This document shows positions 9,274 to 18,055 of a DNA stretch of 64,000 nt, in pieces; the first letter of the stretch is position 1, and each line of letters starts with the position of its first letter. The DNA is taken from assembly GCA_020850475.1 (NCBI GenBank), contig JADZEO010000010.1, positions 33,411 through 97,410 of the forward strand, in the 5' to 3' direction. The notes under the pieces are model-generated. The model was not told where the DNA came from and ran no database searches. It saw nothing but the letters and a program-made list of their open reading frames with translations. The stretch is from Bdellovibrionales bacterium (GTDB lineage: Bacteria > Bdellovibrionota > Bdellovibrionia > Bdellovibrionales > UBA1609). The translations under genes and the position numbers were made by a program.

Positions 9274-11160
9274 ATGTGTGGGATCGTTGGATACCTTGGG
9301 CCGCGAGATCCTAAAGACGTATTGATTGGCGGACTCAAAAGTCTCGAGTACCGTGGCTATGACTCAGCCGGAATTGCCATTCTTCATCGAGGCGAATTCA
9401 AGCGGATTCGTGCCGAAGGCAAGCTGCTCAATCTCGAAAACAAAGTTAAGAACGAGGAGTTCGACGGACATTTGGGGATTGGCCACACCCGTTGGGCGAC
9501 GCACGGGCCCCCCAGCGAACGCAATGCTCATCCGCACTGCGTGGGCGGCGTGAGCCTGGTCCACAATGGAATTATCGAAAACTATTCTGAACTAAGAGAA
9601 GAGTTGGGTCGCGGGGGCGCGGTCTTTTCTTCAGATACGGACTCGGAACTGGTTGCTCACTTGCTCGCGAGTGAAACCAAAAGTGGTCGACCGCTCTTTG
9701 AGGCGGTGTTAGCGGTGTTGCCCCGTTTGCGAGGGGCCTACTCCATTCTGGCAGTATCCCAGGAAGAACCCAATGTCATGGTCGCCTTTAAAAATGGCCC
9801 GCCACTCGTCGTAGGCAAGGGCCATCATGAGGTTGTAATTGCGAGTGACGTTCAAGCCCTTTTGCCTTACACCAAAGATGTCGTTTATCTTCATGATCAC
9901 GAAGTCCTGGTGGTGAAGGGCGAAGAGTTTAAGTTGACAGCTCCCGACGGCAAGCCTCTACCGATCAAAACTGTTCATATTAACTGGAGTCCAGAACAAG
10001 CTGAAAAGTGTGGGTATCCGCACTTTATGCTCAAAGAGATTTTTGAACAACCGCGAGCAGTGGCCGCGGCAATGGCTCCGCACATTGATTTGGCCTTGAA
10101 GGCCGTGAAGCTTCAGCGAGTGGGGTTTGGCGCCAGTTCCGTCGAAGACCTGGCAACTTTGAAGGCGGACCAAGACTGGGCGGCCACTCAGCGAGTGCTG
10201 AGTGAAACTGAGCGCGTTTTTATTGTCGCTTGCGGCACCAGTTTTTATGCGGGCATGATTGGTGAATATTTACTTGAGCGACTCGCCGGAGTTCCCGTCG
10301 AAGTCGATATCGCCAGCGAATTTCGCTATCGTCATCCGGTGCTGCCCCCGAAGTCTTTGTTAATTGTCATTTCACAGAGCGGTGAAACAGCCGATACCTT
10401 GGCGGCCCTGCGGATGGCCAAAGGAAGCGGCACCAAGGTTTTGAGTATCTGCAATGTAAAGAGTTCTTCGATCGATCGCGAAGCCGATGGACATTTGTAT
10501 ATGAATGCGGGAGTTGAGATCGGCGTGGCGAGTACGAAAGCGCTCGTTGCAACCATCGCCTTGTTGAACATTTTAGCTTTGGCAATGGGACAAGAGCGCC
10601 GTCAGTTGAAAGCCGCAGAAGTGAAAGATTTTTTGGAAGCCCTGCAAGCGGCCCCCAGCCAGATGGAAACGGTGTTGGCTTATAATCAGTGGTTCTCAGA
10701 GGCGGCAGCGACGCTTAAAAAGCACAAGGGCTTTTTGTACATGGGCCGGGGTGTGAGCTTTCCCGTGGCGATGGAAGGTGCGCTGAAGCTTAAGGAGCTT
10801 GCGTACATGCATGCCGAGGGCTACGCCGCCGGAGAAATGAAGCACGGCCCACTGGCCCTTATCGATGACCGGATGGCCGTCGTGATGTTGGCTCCCCAAG
10901 ACGATCTCCAAGAAAAAACCATCAGCAACCTGGAAGAAGTCAAAGCCCGCGGTGGTAAAATTATCGCCGTCGGTACCGGAGAAGACCCCAAGTTGCGACG
11001 GCTCTCTGAGCATTATGTGGCTCTTCCCGAAGCCCCGTGGACGGTCAATCCTTTGCTGGAAGTCATTCCGGTGCAGCTACTCGCTTACCATGTCGCTTCA
11101 AGCCTGGGGCACGATGTGGATCAGCCTCGAAATCTCGCCAAATCCGTGACGGTCGAATAG
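9274..11160 (+). CDS. glmS: Glutamine--fructose-6-phosphate aminotransferase
   Basis: MCGIVGY N-terminal nucleophile, two SIS domains, canonical C-terminus ...NLAKSVTVE. Confidence 0.97.
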   Translation: MCGIVGYLGPRDPKDVLIGGLKSLEYRGYDSAGIAILHRGEFKRIRAEGKLLNLENKVKNEEFDGHLGIGHTRWATHGPPSERNAHPHCVGGVSLVHNGIIENYSELREELGRGGAVFSSDTDSELVAHLLASETKSGRPLFEAVLAVLPRLRGAYSILAVSQEEPNVMVAFKNGPPLVVGKGHHEVVIASDVQALLPYTKDVVYLHDHEVLVVKGEEFKLTAPDGKPLPIKTVHINWSPEQAEKCGYPHFMLKEIFEQPRAVAAAMAPHIDLALKAVKLQRVGFGASSVEDLATLKADQDWAATQRVLSETERVFIVACGTSFYAGMIGEYLLERLAGVPVEVDIASEFRYRHPVLPPKSLLIVISQSGETADTLAALRMAKGSGTKVLSICNVKSSSIDREADGHLYMNAGVEIGVASTKALVATIALLNILALAMGQERRQLKAAEVKDFLEALQAAPSQMETVLAYNQWFSEAAATLKKHKGFLYMGRGVSFPVAMEGALKLKELAYMHAEGYAAGEMKHGPLALIDDRMAVVMLAPQDDLQEKTISNLEEVKARGGKIIAVGTGEDPKLRRLSEHYVALPEAPWTVNPLLEVIPVQLLAYHVASSLGHDVDQPRNLAKSVTVE

Positions 11161-11290
11161 CTTTTTCTTAGGTCGAATAGCCTTTTCGTAGGTGGAATAG
11201 CTTTTTCGTAGGCTGAATAGCTGTTTCGTGGGTGGACTGGCTTTTTCGTAGGTGGAATAGCTTTTTCGAAGTGGACTGGCTTTTTCGTAA
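11151..11290. repeat. Tandem array of 7 copies of a 20-bp unit (consensus GGTGGAATAGCTTTTTCGTA)
   Basis: Read directly: units start at 11151, 11171, 11191, 11211, 11231, 11251 and 11271 (the last has a 1-nt deletion). The first unit contains the last codons and TAG stop of glmS. Confidence 0.9.
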
Positions 11291-11393
11291 AGCCTCATCG
11301 GGTCGCTGAAGGCCAAACAAACCCGGCCCAACAAGATCAGCCCAACTAACCCCGCCAAAGGGGCCCGGGCAAACGGGTCCGACCAAACAGGTG

Positions 11394-11458
11394 TGGCAAA
11401 CGGTTGTGGCAAACGGTTGTGGCAAACGGTTATGGCAAACGGTTATGGCAAACGGTTG
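11394..11458. repeat. Tandem array of 5 copies of a 13-bp unit TGGCAAACGGTT(G/A), with degenerate GGCAAAC-containing copies on both sides (about 11300-11570)
   Basis: Read directly: units at 11394, 11407, 11420, 11433 and 11446. The related motifs CCAAAC/GCAAAC recur about 12 times in the surrounding 270 bp. Confidence 0.9.
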
Positions 11459-11513
11459 TGGCAGAACCACCCTGGCAAACAGGTTCGGCCAAGTGAAACC
11501 CGGCAAACATCCC

Positions 11514-11552
11514 CGGCTATTAAACTCGGCTATTAAACCCGGCTAGTAAACC
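11514..11552. repeat. Tandem array of 3 copies of a 13-bp unit CGGCTA(T/G)TAAAC(T/C)
   Basis: Read directly: units at 11514, 11527 and 11540. Confidence 0.85.
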
Positions 11553-11695
11553 CCGCCAAACCAACCCAGATGGGCTCCACTCGGGCTGCGCTCCATCATA
11601 AGAGAAGCGACTTTGCCGTCAACATCCAACTCATTAGTGCTCAAGTTGATGATCTGACGAATTCAATTGACATCGCTACCAATCGGGGAAAGTGA

Positions 11696-12268
11696 ATGGC
11701 GCCAAAGTATAGAAATTTGCAACTGTTTAATGACTCTGTTCCAAGACTATTTGGTGGGAGCCTGCTCAAAGGAAATCCCAAACAGGCGCGCCCTCTTTCC
11801 ACCAAACACGCGATTCACCTGGTGTTAAAGTCCCATAGGGCCTATGGCCAAAACTCGCTGTTACATGAACGAAATTGCGAACGCGTCTCTCGGATTGTTC
11901 ATCATCAAGCAAAACAGAGGAGCATTCGCATTTATCACTTCGTGAACGTTGGCAATCACCTGCATGTGGTGATTCGAATTCAGAGCAAGAGTATCGTCCG
12001 CGGGAAACAAGAGTTTCATTCGTTTATTCGCGCCATCTCGGGTTTGATCGCCCGACAGGTGCTCAAGGCCGAGAGAAATTCGGCCAAAAATGTCCAATTC
12101 TGGGTGGCGCGACCCTTTAGCCGACTCATTACCTGGGGGAGAGACTACAACTTTGTTACGCGCTATATGGGTAAAAATCGTTCTCAGGCGCAGGTTCTAA
12201 AAGCATTTGCAGACTGGGGATTTCGAATCACCGATCCTCAACGCATTGTGATGCTTAATACCGGGTGA
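11696..12268 (+). CDS. IS200/IS605-superfamily HUH Y1 transposase-like protein (RAYT-like, COG1943-type)
   Basis: HUH motif in VGNHLHVVIRI. The downstream segment FWVARPFSRLI...DYNFVTRYMGKN parallels the RayT pattern (W-P-RFW ... DY...YI..NP) with a catalytic Tyr candidate. Size 190 aa. Confidence 0.65.
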   Translation: MAPKYRNLQLFNDSVPRLFGGSLLKGNPKQARPLSTKHAIHLVLKSHRAYGQNSLLHERNCERVSRIVHHQAKQRSIRIYHFVNVGNHLHVVIRIQSKSIVRGKQEFHSFIRAISGLIARQVLKAERNSAKNVQFWVARPFSRLITWGRDYNFVTRYMGKNRSQAQVLKAFADWGFRITDPQRIVMLNTG

Positions 12269-12275
12269 GAGCTTC

Positions 12276-12306
12276 GTTGCGACCCCTCGCAGGGTTGCGA
12301 CCCCTC
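12276..12306. repeat. Two direct copies of GTTGCGACCCCTC, each able to form a short CCC/GGG hairpin (REP-like)
   Basis: Copies at 12276-12288 and 12294-12306, immediately after the stop of the HUH gene. Confidence 0.6.
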
Positions 12307-12334
12307 AAGGGACTTCTCGCGGGGGTGGGGCGTC

Positions 12335-13591
12335 TCACGAGGCCTTGAGGTTACTCACCACGGCGTCGCTGGCCTGTTGCATGGCACTTAAGAGGTTAGA
12401 AATCAGCGACTCGAGCTGGGACTTCTTGTTCATCAATTCTTGTAGTTTCAGCATATCCGTTTCATTCATGTCGCTCGCGCTATCAAGGAGTTTGTCCAAA
12501 TCTTCGGCCAGTGTATCAGCCCCCACGGCAACGGGATCCACAAATGAGACCATGGTATTGAATCGATCTTGGGCGAGCAGAAGGGCTTCAGCATCGCCCC
12601 AGCTCAACTCTTGATCTGCGACCAGAGTTGCCAATGTTCCTTGGAGGTCACTGGTTCGCGCCGAGAGATCATCAAAGGCGGCGCTAATGGCGGCTACGCG
12701 CAACGGAGAGTAGGACTTTGTCGGAAAGTCATCGCGACGCTTGTACTCCGAATGAATCTGGCACCTCAGACCGTTGAGGTAATTGAGGCCGGTAGAGACA
12801 ATACGAATTGCAATCGGTATTCGCCTCGGCAGTTCGGTTTCAAAAAGCGCGAAACCACCGGTGGCGGTCACTCGGCCGATTTCTTCATCGGCCGCGGCGT
12901 TGGTGATGACCAACTGGGTGGGAGGGGCATTCGCGCCACAGTCGGAGGTTACCTGAAGGCGTCCACCTTGAGCGTCAATCACAATCGGCGTCGATTGGTC
13001 GGTAGCGCCGCCGGAGTTGAGACGATCGGCAAGGCCGCTGAGATGGATAGCCCCAGTCGTGCTAAAGTCGATCAAAGAAATGCCCGAGTTCGAATCCTGT
13101 TTTCGTTGGATCACCTCGGCTTCTCTTCGAATTGCATCGCGGAGACCCTCAAGATCCTCTTGCATCTGTTTTATTTTTTCGCGGAGACTCTTTTTTTGAC
13201 TGAGCAAGGCATTGAGACTTTCCATCATGTTCTTGAGGTCCTGGCTCGCATCCTTGGCCACCAGGGACATAACAAGAGCTATGAGATAGTCGATGTCACC
13301 CTCACCTGCACCAACCGGTGATGAGCCGATGGCCGTGCCCACCGTGGTGTCCAAAAACACGCGAGTCAAATCCGCATTGGCCGTGAGCTCGTCAATGGGA
13401 AGCGCCAAGATTTCATCTTGAACGGCAAGTGAGGAGTTCTTAAGCTGGGTGATTGAAGCCATTGTGGCCTGTCGCTCGGTGGTCGTAAGCCGAGTTCCGC
13501 CGCCGGCATTGTCTGAACCATGAGAGCAGCCCACGGTCGCAGCTGCCAAAGTCAAAAAGAGCAAAGAAAAAATGCCGCCATTCAGGTTCAT
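12335..13591 (-). CDS. Hypothetical lipoprotein with coiled-coil segments
   Basis: Signal peptide plus lipobox (LAAATVGC). Has heptad-rich helical stretches (LKNMMESLNALLSQKKSLREKIKQMQEDLEGL; C-terminal DMLKLQELMNKKSQLESLISNLL). No family recognised. Confidence 0.6.
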   Translation of the reverse strand: MNLNGGIFSLLFLTLAAATVGCSHGSDNAGGGTRLTTTERQATMASITQLKNSSLAVQDEILALPIDELTANADLTRVFLDTTVGTAIGSSPVGAGEGDIDYLIALVMSLVAKDASQDLKNMMESLNALLSQKKSLREKIKQMQEDLEGLRDAIRREAEVIQRKQDSNSGISLIDFSTTGAIHLSGLADRLNSGGATDQSTPIVIDAQGGRLQVTSDCGANAPPTQLVITNAAADEEIGRVTATGGFALFETELPRRIPIAIRIVSTGLNYLNGLRCQIHSEYKRRDDFPTKSYSPLRVAAISAAFDDLSARTSDLQGTLATLVADQELSWGDAEALLLAQDRFNTMVSFVDPVAVGADTLAEDLDKLLDSASDMNETDMLKLQELMNKKSQLESLISNLLSAMQQASDAVVSNLKAS

Positions 13592-13847
13592 GACTTCCCC
13601 TTAATTCAAAAGCAAAGAGATTTTTGTTGGTGAAAACGTACTAGATTAGACGAGCAACGGGTCAGATTGACTTCATTATAGAGCTTAAGGGGCCCAGGTT
13701 AAACTGTTACAAAACTGACAGATCTGCCGATCCGTCACAAGAGACTGCAGATCAAATTCGAAGAGGTGCTGTCCCACGATGAATCACTCAGCGGTTGCGG
13801 GGTGCAGTCGAACTTCTCATTTTGAGACGGGACCAAACAACCAATTC

Positions 13848-15242
13848 TTAAAAAAGATGGGCGCCGGACTCGCTCGAGCGATGGGGGCGAGGCGGTAGCA
13901 CCCAGGGTTTGATCGTGAGCCATTGAGTGAACTCTCGGCGGGCCACTTCGATTTGCAAGCCACGCTTCACTTCACGACGGTTCCTTCGGCGTCCACGGGC
14001 CTTGCGGTCCATGGGCGGGTCCGGCATGAGTCCAAAATTAATGTTGGTGGGCTGAAAGTTATCCTTAGGCTCGGTAATCGCGTGCAGCAGCGAGCCCAGG
14101 GCCGAGGTGCGCGGCGGAGGCAGAAAAGCCCGGCCTTTCAGGTGATCGTTCAAAAAGTGGGCGACCAAGAGTCCCATGCAAGTGGACTCAAAATAGCCTT
14201 CGACTCCGGTAATTTGTCCGGCAAAAAATAGACTCGGATCGTGTCGGCTCGACAAGTTGGGGTTGAGGCACTGAGGAGAATTAATAAACAAATTGCGATG
14301 CATGCTCCCCAGCTTTAAGAACTCGGCCTCTTCCAGACCAGGGATCAAACGAAACACGCGCTGCTGTTCGGGGTAGGCCATTTTAGTTTGAAAGCCAACG
14401 AGGTTGTAAGCCGTGCCTTCTTTATTGTCTTGGCGAAGTTGAACAACGGCGTAAGGGCGCTCAGGGCTGCGAGGATTGGGAAGGCCTTTGGGTGAGAGCG
14501 GGCCAAAGCGCAGAGTCTCGGGGCCGCGCTCGGCCATGACCTCGATCGGCATACAGCCATCAAAGTAGGGAGTCTTTTCGAAGTCCCGAGGTTCCACTTT
14601 GCGGGCGGCCAGAATCTCCCTGACCAAGCCTTCGTACTGTTCTCGATTGAGCGGACAATTGAGGTAGTCGCCCGTGCCCTTGCCCCAGCGATCTCCTGTC
14701 CAAACGATGTCGAAGTTTAGGCTTTCGCGATCGATGACCGGGGCGATGGCATCAAAAAAATAAAGGAACTCGCTGGCAAAATGTTGAGACATTGCCGTCG
14801 CCAGCGTGCCATGGGTCAGGGGACCGGTGGCAATCACCGCCGGCCGGGGAATTTGGTCAAAATTTTCAACCACCTGATGGACCACTTGAATGCGCGGATG
14901 GGTACGAATGATTTCGGTGAGGGCTTGAGAAAAGCGCAGGCGATCGACCGCGAGGGCCATTCCGGCGGGCAAGGCCCAGTCCTCAGCTGTCCGTAAGACG
15001 AGGGAGTGCAGGCGCTCGGCCTCCCACTTCAATTGGCCAGGTGCGGAATAATCGGTTTGGCTGCCGAGCGAATTAGAGCATACGAGCTCTGCAAAAAGGC
15101 CCGTCTTGTGGGCAGGAGTTAGAGTTGTTTCGCGCATTTCATGCAGAACGACGTTATAGCCCATCTCCGCCAATTGGTAGGCACATTCGCTGCCGGCGAG
15201 ACCGGCACCGACAATATGAATTTGCTGTGTTCCAAAGCTCAT
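13848..15242 (-). CDS. trmFO: Methylenetetrahydrofolate--tRNA-(uracil54-C5)-methyltransferase
   Basis: MSFGTQQIHIVGAGLAGSECAYQLA FAD-binding fold, followed by ...TPAHKTGLFAELVCSNS, typical of TrmFO/Gid. Start is taken at the internal Met; the track ORF extends to 15281. Confidence 0.88.
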   Translation of the reverse strand: MSFGTQQIHIVGAGLAGSECAYQLAEMGYNVVLHEMRETTLTPAHKTGLFAELVCSNSLGSQTDYSAPGQLKWEAERLHSLVLRTAEDWALPAGMALAVDRLRFSQALTEIIRTHPRIQVVHQVVENFDQIPRPAVIATGPLTHGTLATAMSQHFASEFLYFFDAIAPVIDRESLNFDIVWTGDRWGKGTGDYLNCPLNREQYEGLVREILAARKVEPRDFEKTPYFDGCMPIEVMAERGPETLRFGPLSPKGLPNPRSPERPYAVVQLRQDNKEGTAYNLVGFQTKMAYPEQQRVFRLIPGLEEAEFLKLGSMHRNLFINSPQCLNPNLSSRHDPSLFFAGQITGVEGYFESTCMGLLVAHFLNDHLKGRAFLPPPRTSALGSLLHAITEPKDNFQPTNINFGLMPDPPMDRKARGRRRNRREVKRGLQIEVARREFTQWLTIKPWVLPPRPHRSSESGAHLF

Positions 15243-15257
15243 GATAGGCCTCAGACC

Positions 15258-15686
15258 ATGGGTCAAAGAAAAGGTCAGCAAAACAAACGCTTCAGCAAAC
15301 TGGAAGCTGCTTCCGATGTCCTACAGAGTCTTTTGGGGAATGGCAAGTCAGGTCTTGCGGAGCAGTTTCAAAGGTGGCGGCTTTGGCGGCAGTGGAATGA
15401 GGTGGTCGGCGAGATATTGGCCAAAAACACCTGCCCAGTGGGCTTTCAAGACGGGATCTTGATTATTTGGGTTGATCATCCGGCGCGAATTCAAGATCTC
15501 TATTACGTTAAGCAGGCAATGATTGATAAAATCAATGAATATCTGGGGCGTCGGTGGGTAAAGAACCTTAAGTTTACGACTGACCGCAAAGCTGTTCCCA
15601 AGCTTGAAGAAAGTGAACAGGGTCTGCGAGATTACCTTTCCAAATCACTTCCCAATGGAGATGAGGAGCCTCCACGCGACCGGTAG
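15258..15686 (+). CDS. DUF721-like (DciA-type) small protein
   Basis: The pattern W..VVGEILAKNT.P..F.DGILIIWVDHPARIQDL...K..I..KIN resembles DUF721. Start is at the internal ATG 15258. Its 3' end overlaps the convergent M23 gene by 113 nt. Confidence 0.5.
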   Translation: MGQRKGQQNKRFSKLEAASDVLQSLLGNGKSGLAEQFQRWRLWRQWNEVVGEILAKNTCPVGFQDGILIIWVDHPARIQDLYYVKQAMIDKINEYLGRRWVKNLKFTTDRKAVPKLEESEQGLRDYLSKSLPNGDEEPPRDR

Positions 15687-16461
15687 CGCCCGACAGGCCG
15701 AGTTGTTGCCCGATTTTGATCGGCTCTCCTGCTTTAACGTGGATTTTACTTAAGTGGAGATAACGGGAAAACAGACCGTCGCCATGATTGATGACCACAA
15801 TATTTCCAGGCACTAGCATAGCATGGGCATAACTGACTTGCCCAGAACCCATCGCAGTCACCGGAGTTCCCTCGGCTGCGCGCAAGTCGACGCCGTTATG
15901 CGAATAGGTATGACCGTTGGGGAGAGAGCGAGGAGCGCCAAAACGTGAGACGACTCGCGAAGCGAGCGGTCGCCGAAAACAGTCCTTACTTAACACGCCA
16001 GCTCTTTGATCCAAAACGTCCCGCATGATTTTGCGCTCTTCTTGTTTGCGTTCGGCAAATTTGTCGTCCATCGCGGCCCAAGTGCTGGCGGGAATGCGCA
16101 ATACTGACGTCCGCGAGCGTTCCGCGTTGGCAATAGAAATTCGGTGTCGGTAAAGACTGATGTGGGGGTGCCAAGAGGACGATGGTTTTGACTGAGTGGC
16201 GGTTTCGCCGTAAATCAGCACGGACCTCTGGGAACTTAAACCGTTCACTCCAAACCAATGGGTGCCAGTCGGAGACTTTGAAAAAGTCGCACTGTTGATG
16301 CGAGGAGGAGGCAGATTTTTAGCTACGGGAACGACAATGACTCCGCCGGGGATCACCGTCGACGGAAATTCCATGGGCGGCTCCGTCCACTCTTCAACCA
16401 CCAAATTGTAGGACGGAAAAAACGAAAAAGCACAGAGCGTGAAATAGATCGCCGCAAACAA
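15574..16461 (-). CDS. M23 (LytM-domain) peptidoglycan endopeptidase
   Basis: HNGVDLRA...GTPV...G.V...NHGDG..SRY.HLS....G.....G...G.SG.TG....PHLHWEV carries the HxxxD and HxH motifs. Confidence 0.85.
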   Translation of the reverse strand: MFAAIYFTLCAFSFFPSYNLVVEEWTEPPMEFPSTVIPGGVIVVPVAKNLPPPRINSATFSKSPTGTHWFGVNGLSSQRSVLIYGETATQSKPSSSWHPHISLYRHRISIANAERSRTSVLRIPASTWAAMDDKFAERKQEERKIMRDVLDQRAGVLSKDCFRRPLASRVVSRFGAPRSLPNGHTYSHNGVDLRAAEGTPVTAMGSGQVSYAHAMLVPGNIVVINHGDGLFSRYLHLSKIHVKAGEPIKIGQQLGLSGATGRVEAPHLHWEVIWKGNLADPVHFLQAWEQLCGQS

Positions 16462-16487
16462 ACTGGCATCCGCCAGCCAGCGACGAG

Positions 16488-17306
16488 CTACTGAGATTTG
16501 TCCTGGGATTGAATGGAGTCCCGAATGAGGGGCTTGAGAAATTTGTTTCGTGGCGACTCTCCCAACAAGGCCATCAACTTCTCATGAATTGATGGGTCGT
16601 TAATTATCGCTCCCAAGGTGCCTTGGCCCTTGTCGACTTTTTCAAGGATGCTTACCAGGTGAGACATGGCTTCGCGCAGCTTCTTGGCATCCTTGCCTTC
16701 TCCACGCAAATCCTGTACTGCGTGGCGCGATTCAATTAGCAGCTGGTTGAGGTTTTCACTGGATGAAACCAGATTGGCCATCAACTTGGCGCTGCGATTT
16801 CCTTCGTTCAGACCTTTGAGCAGGAAGTGGACTTCTTTGATCGCATCAACCAAGTGACCCAGCTCAGGGCCCTTTTCTTTGATCATATCAATAATATCAG
16901 CCCCTTCGTCAGCAACTAAATAATCTCCATCTTGCAAAGCCCGGGTTTCGGTTGGGCCAGGTTCAATGTAGATGTACTTGTCGCCGAGAGCTCCTTGAGT
17001 TCTGACCGAGGCGCGGCTGCCGTCGGTGATTCGCTCCGAAAATTCTCGATCAAGGTCGAGGACGATGTCCAAAGTTGAATCAGAATTAAAGTCAATCCGC
17101 CGAACATTGCCGATTTGCACTCCGGAGAGGCTCACCACGCTGCCCACAGCCACTCCCTGGACCTCCGACATTTTCACTTTCAGATTGTAAGTGCTGCGGA
17201 AGAACATTCGATCGCCGCCCAACATGAGGATTGAGGTCAACAGCAGAGCCAAGCCGCCAGTGACAAAGAGACCGACGCGAATTTCATCTTTCAAAGTCGA
17301 TTCCAC
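16488..17306 (-). CDS. mlaD: MCE/MlaD-family substrate-binding protein of an Mla-like ABC system
   Basis: N-terminal TM helix followed by an MCE fold (VKMSEVQGVAVGSVVSLSGVQIGNV). Operon position after the mlaE/mlaF-like genes. Confidence 0.75.
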   Translation of the reverse strand: MESTLKDEIRVGLFVTGGLALLLTSILMLGGDRMFFRSTYNLKVKMSEVQGVAVGSVVSLSGVQIGNVRRIDFNSDSTLDIVLDLDREFSERITDGSRASVRTQGALGDKYIYIEPGPTETRALQDGDYLVADEGADIIDMIKEKGPELGHLVDAIKEVHFLLKGLNEGNRSAKLMANLVSSSENLNQLLIESRHAVQDLRGEGKDAKKLREAMSHLVSILEKVDKGQGTLGAIINDPSIHEKLMALLGESPRNKFLKPLIRDSIQSQDKSQ

Positions 17307-17317
17307 CTGGGTTCACC

Positions 17318-18055
17318 TCAATTAGTAAATGATCCATTGATAAAGCGTTGCAAAATTCCGTTGGGATCCGATTTCATATCATCAATCGTACCGCTGGCTC
17401 GGATCTCACCATTGAGCAAAAGTGCCAAGCGATCACAAACAGCAAACGCGCTCGGCATGTCGTGAGTAACAAAAATTGAAGTCACGCCCTTACTCTTGAG
17501 TCTCAGGATCATTTCCTGAATTTTCTTAGTGTTGTAGGGGTCGAGACCGGCGGTCGGTTCATCATACAGGACCACTTTGGGGCGAGTGATGATGGCGCGG
17601 GCCAGGCCGACGCGTTTTTGCATTCCACCGGAAAGTTCGGCGGGCATGAGTTTCTCGCTTCCCTCGAGGCCAAACTCGGCCAACTGTTCCCGAATGCGAT
17701 CGGCAATCTCGGATCTCGTCATTTCTGAGTGTTCACGAAGCGGGTAGGCGAGATTGTCGAAGACGTTCATTGAGTCAAAGAGAGCGCCGCCTTGGAACAC
17801 ATAGGCCACTTTCTTGCGGATAGGAATTAGCTGCCGCTCGTTGTACCGATTAATTCGTTCGCCATCGATGGAGATCACTCCCGAGTCGGGCTTTTCCAAG
17901 CCAATCAGGCTGCGCAGGATCACGCTTTTGCCGGTTCCTGATCCTCCGACGAGGCCCAAACACTCGCCGGCCTCGACATCAAAGCTCACGTTGCGGTGAA
18001 CGATCTTTTCGTCGAAGGATTTTTTGAATCGGCGGACCATGATCATGAGAACCAC
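17318..18055 (-). CDS. mlaF: ABC transporter ATP-binding protein (MlaF-like)
   Basis: Walker A GGSGTGKS, signature LSGGMQKRV, Walker B VVLYDEP. Confidence 0.85.
   Translation of the reverse strand: MVLMIMVRRFKKSFDEKIVHRNVSFDVEAGECLGLVGGSGTGKSVILRSLIGLEKPDSGVISIDGERINRYNERQLIPIRKKVAYVFQGGALFDSMNVFDNLAYPLREHSEMTRSEIADRIREQLAEFGLEGSEKLMPAELSGGMQKRVGLARAIITRPKVVLYDEPTAGLDPYNTKKIQEMILRLKSKGVTSIFVTHDMPSAFAVCDRLALLLNGEIRASGTIDDMKSDPNGILQRFINGSFTN

Noticed and set aside
11394-11458. Each 13-bp unit begins with TGGCA, so the array might be reiterated sigma-54 -24 boxes
   Set aside because: No TTGC sits at the required 12-nt register within or after the units (the following unit gives TTGT/GTGG out of register).
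11098-11506. Track ORFs 11098..11412 and 11168..11506 on the minus strand across the repeat region
   Set aside because: Their peptides are just translated tandem repeats (for example KSYSTYEKA reiterated). They have no start context, and they overlap the glmS 3' end.
11151-11552. Possible CRISPR array
   Set aside because: The units (20 bp and 13 bp) are directly abutting with no unique spacers. They are too short, and no cas genes are nearby.
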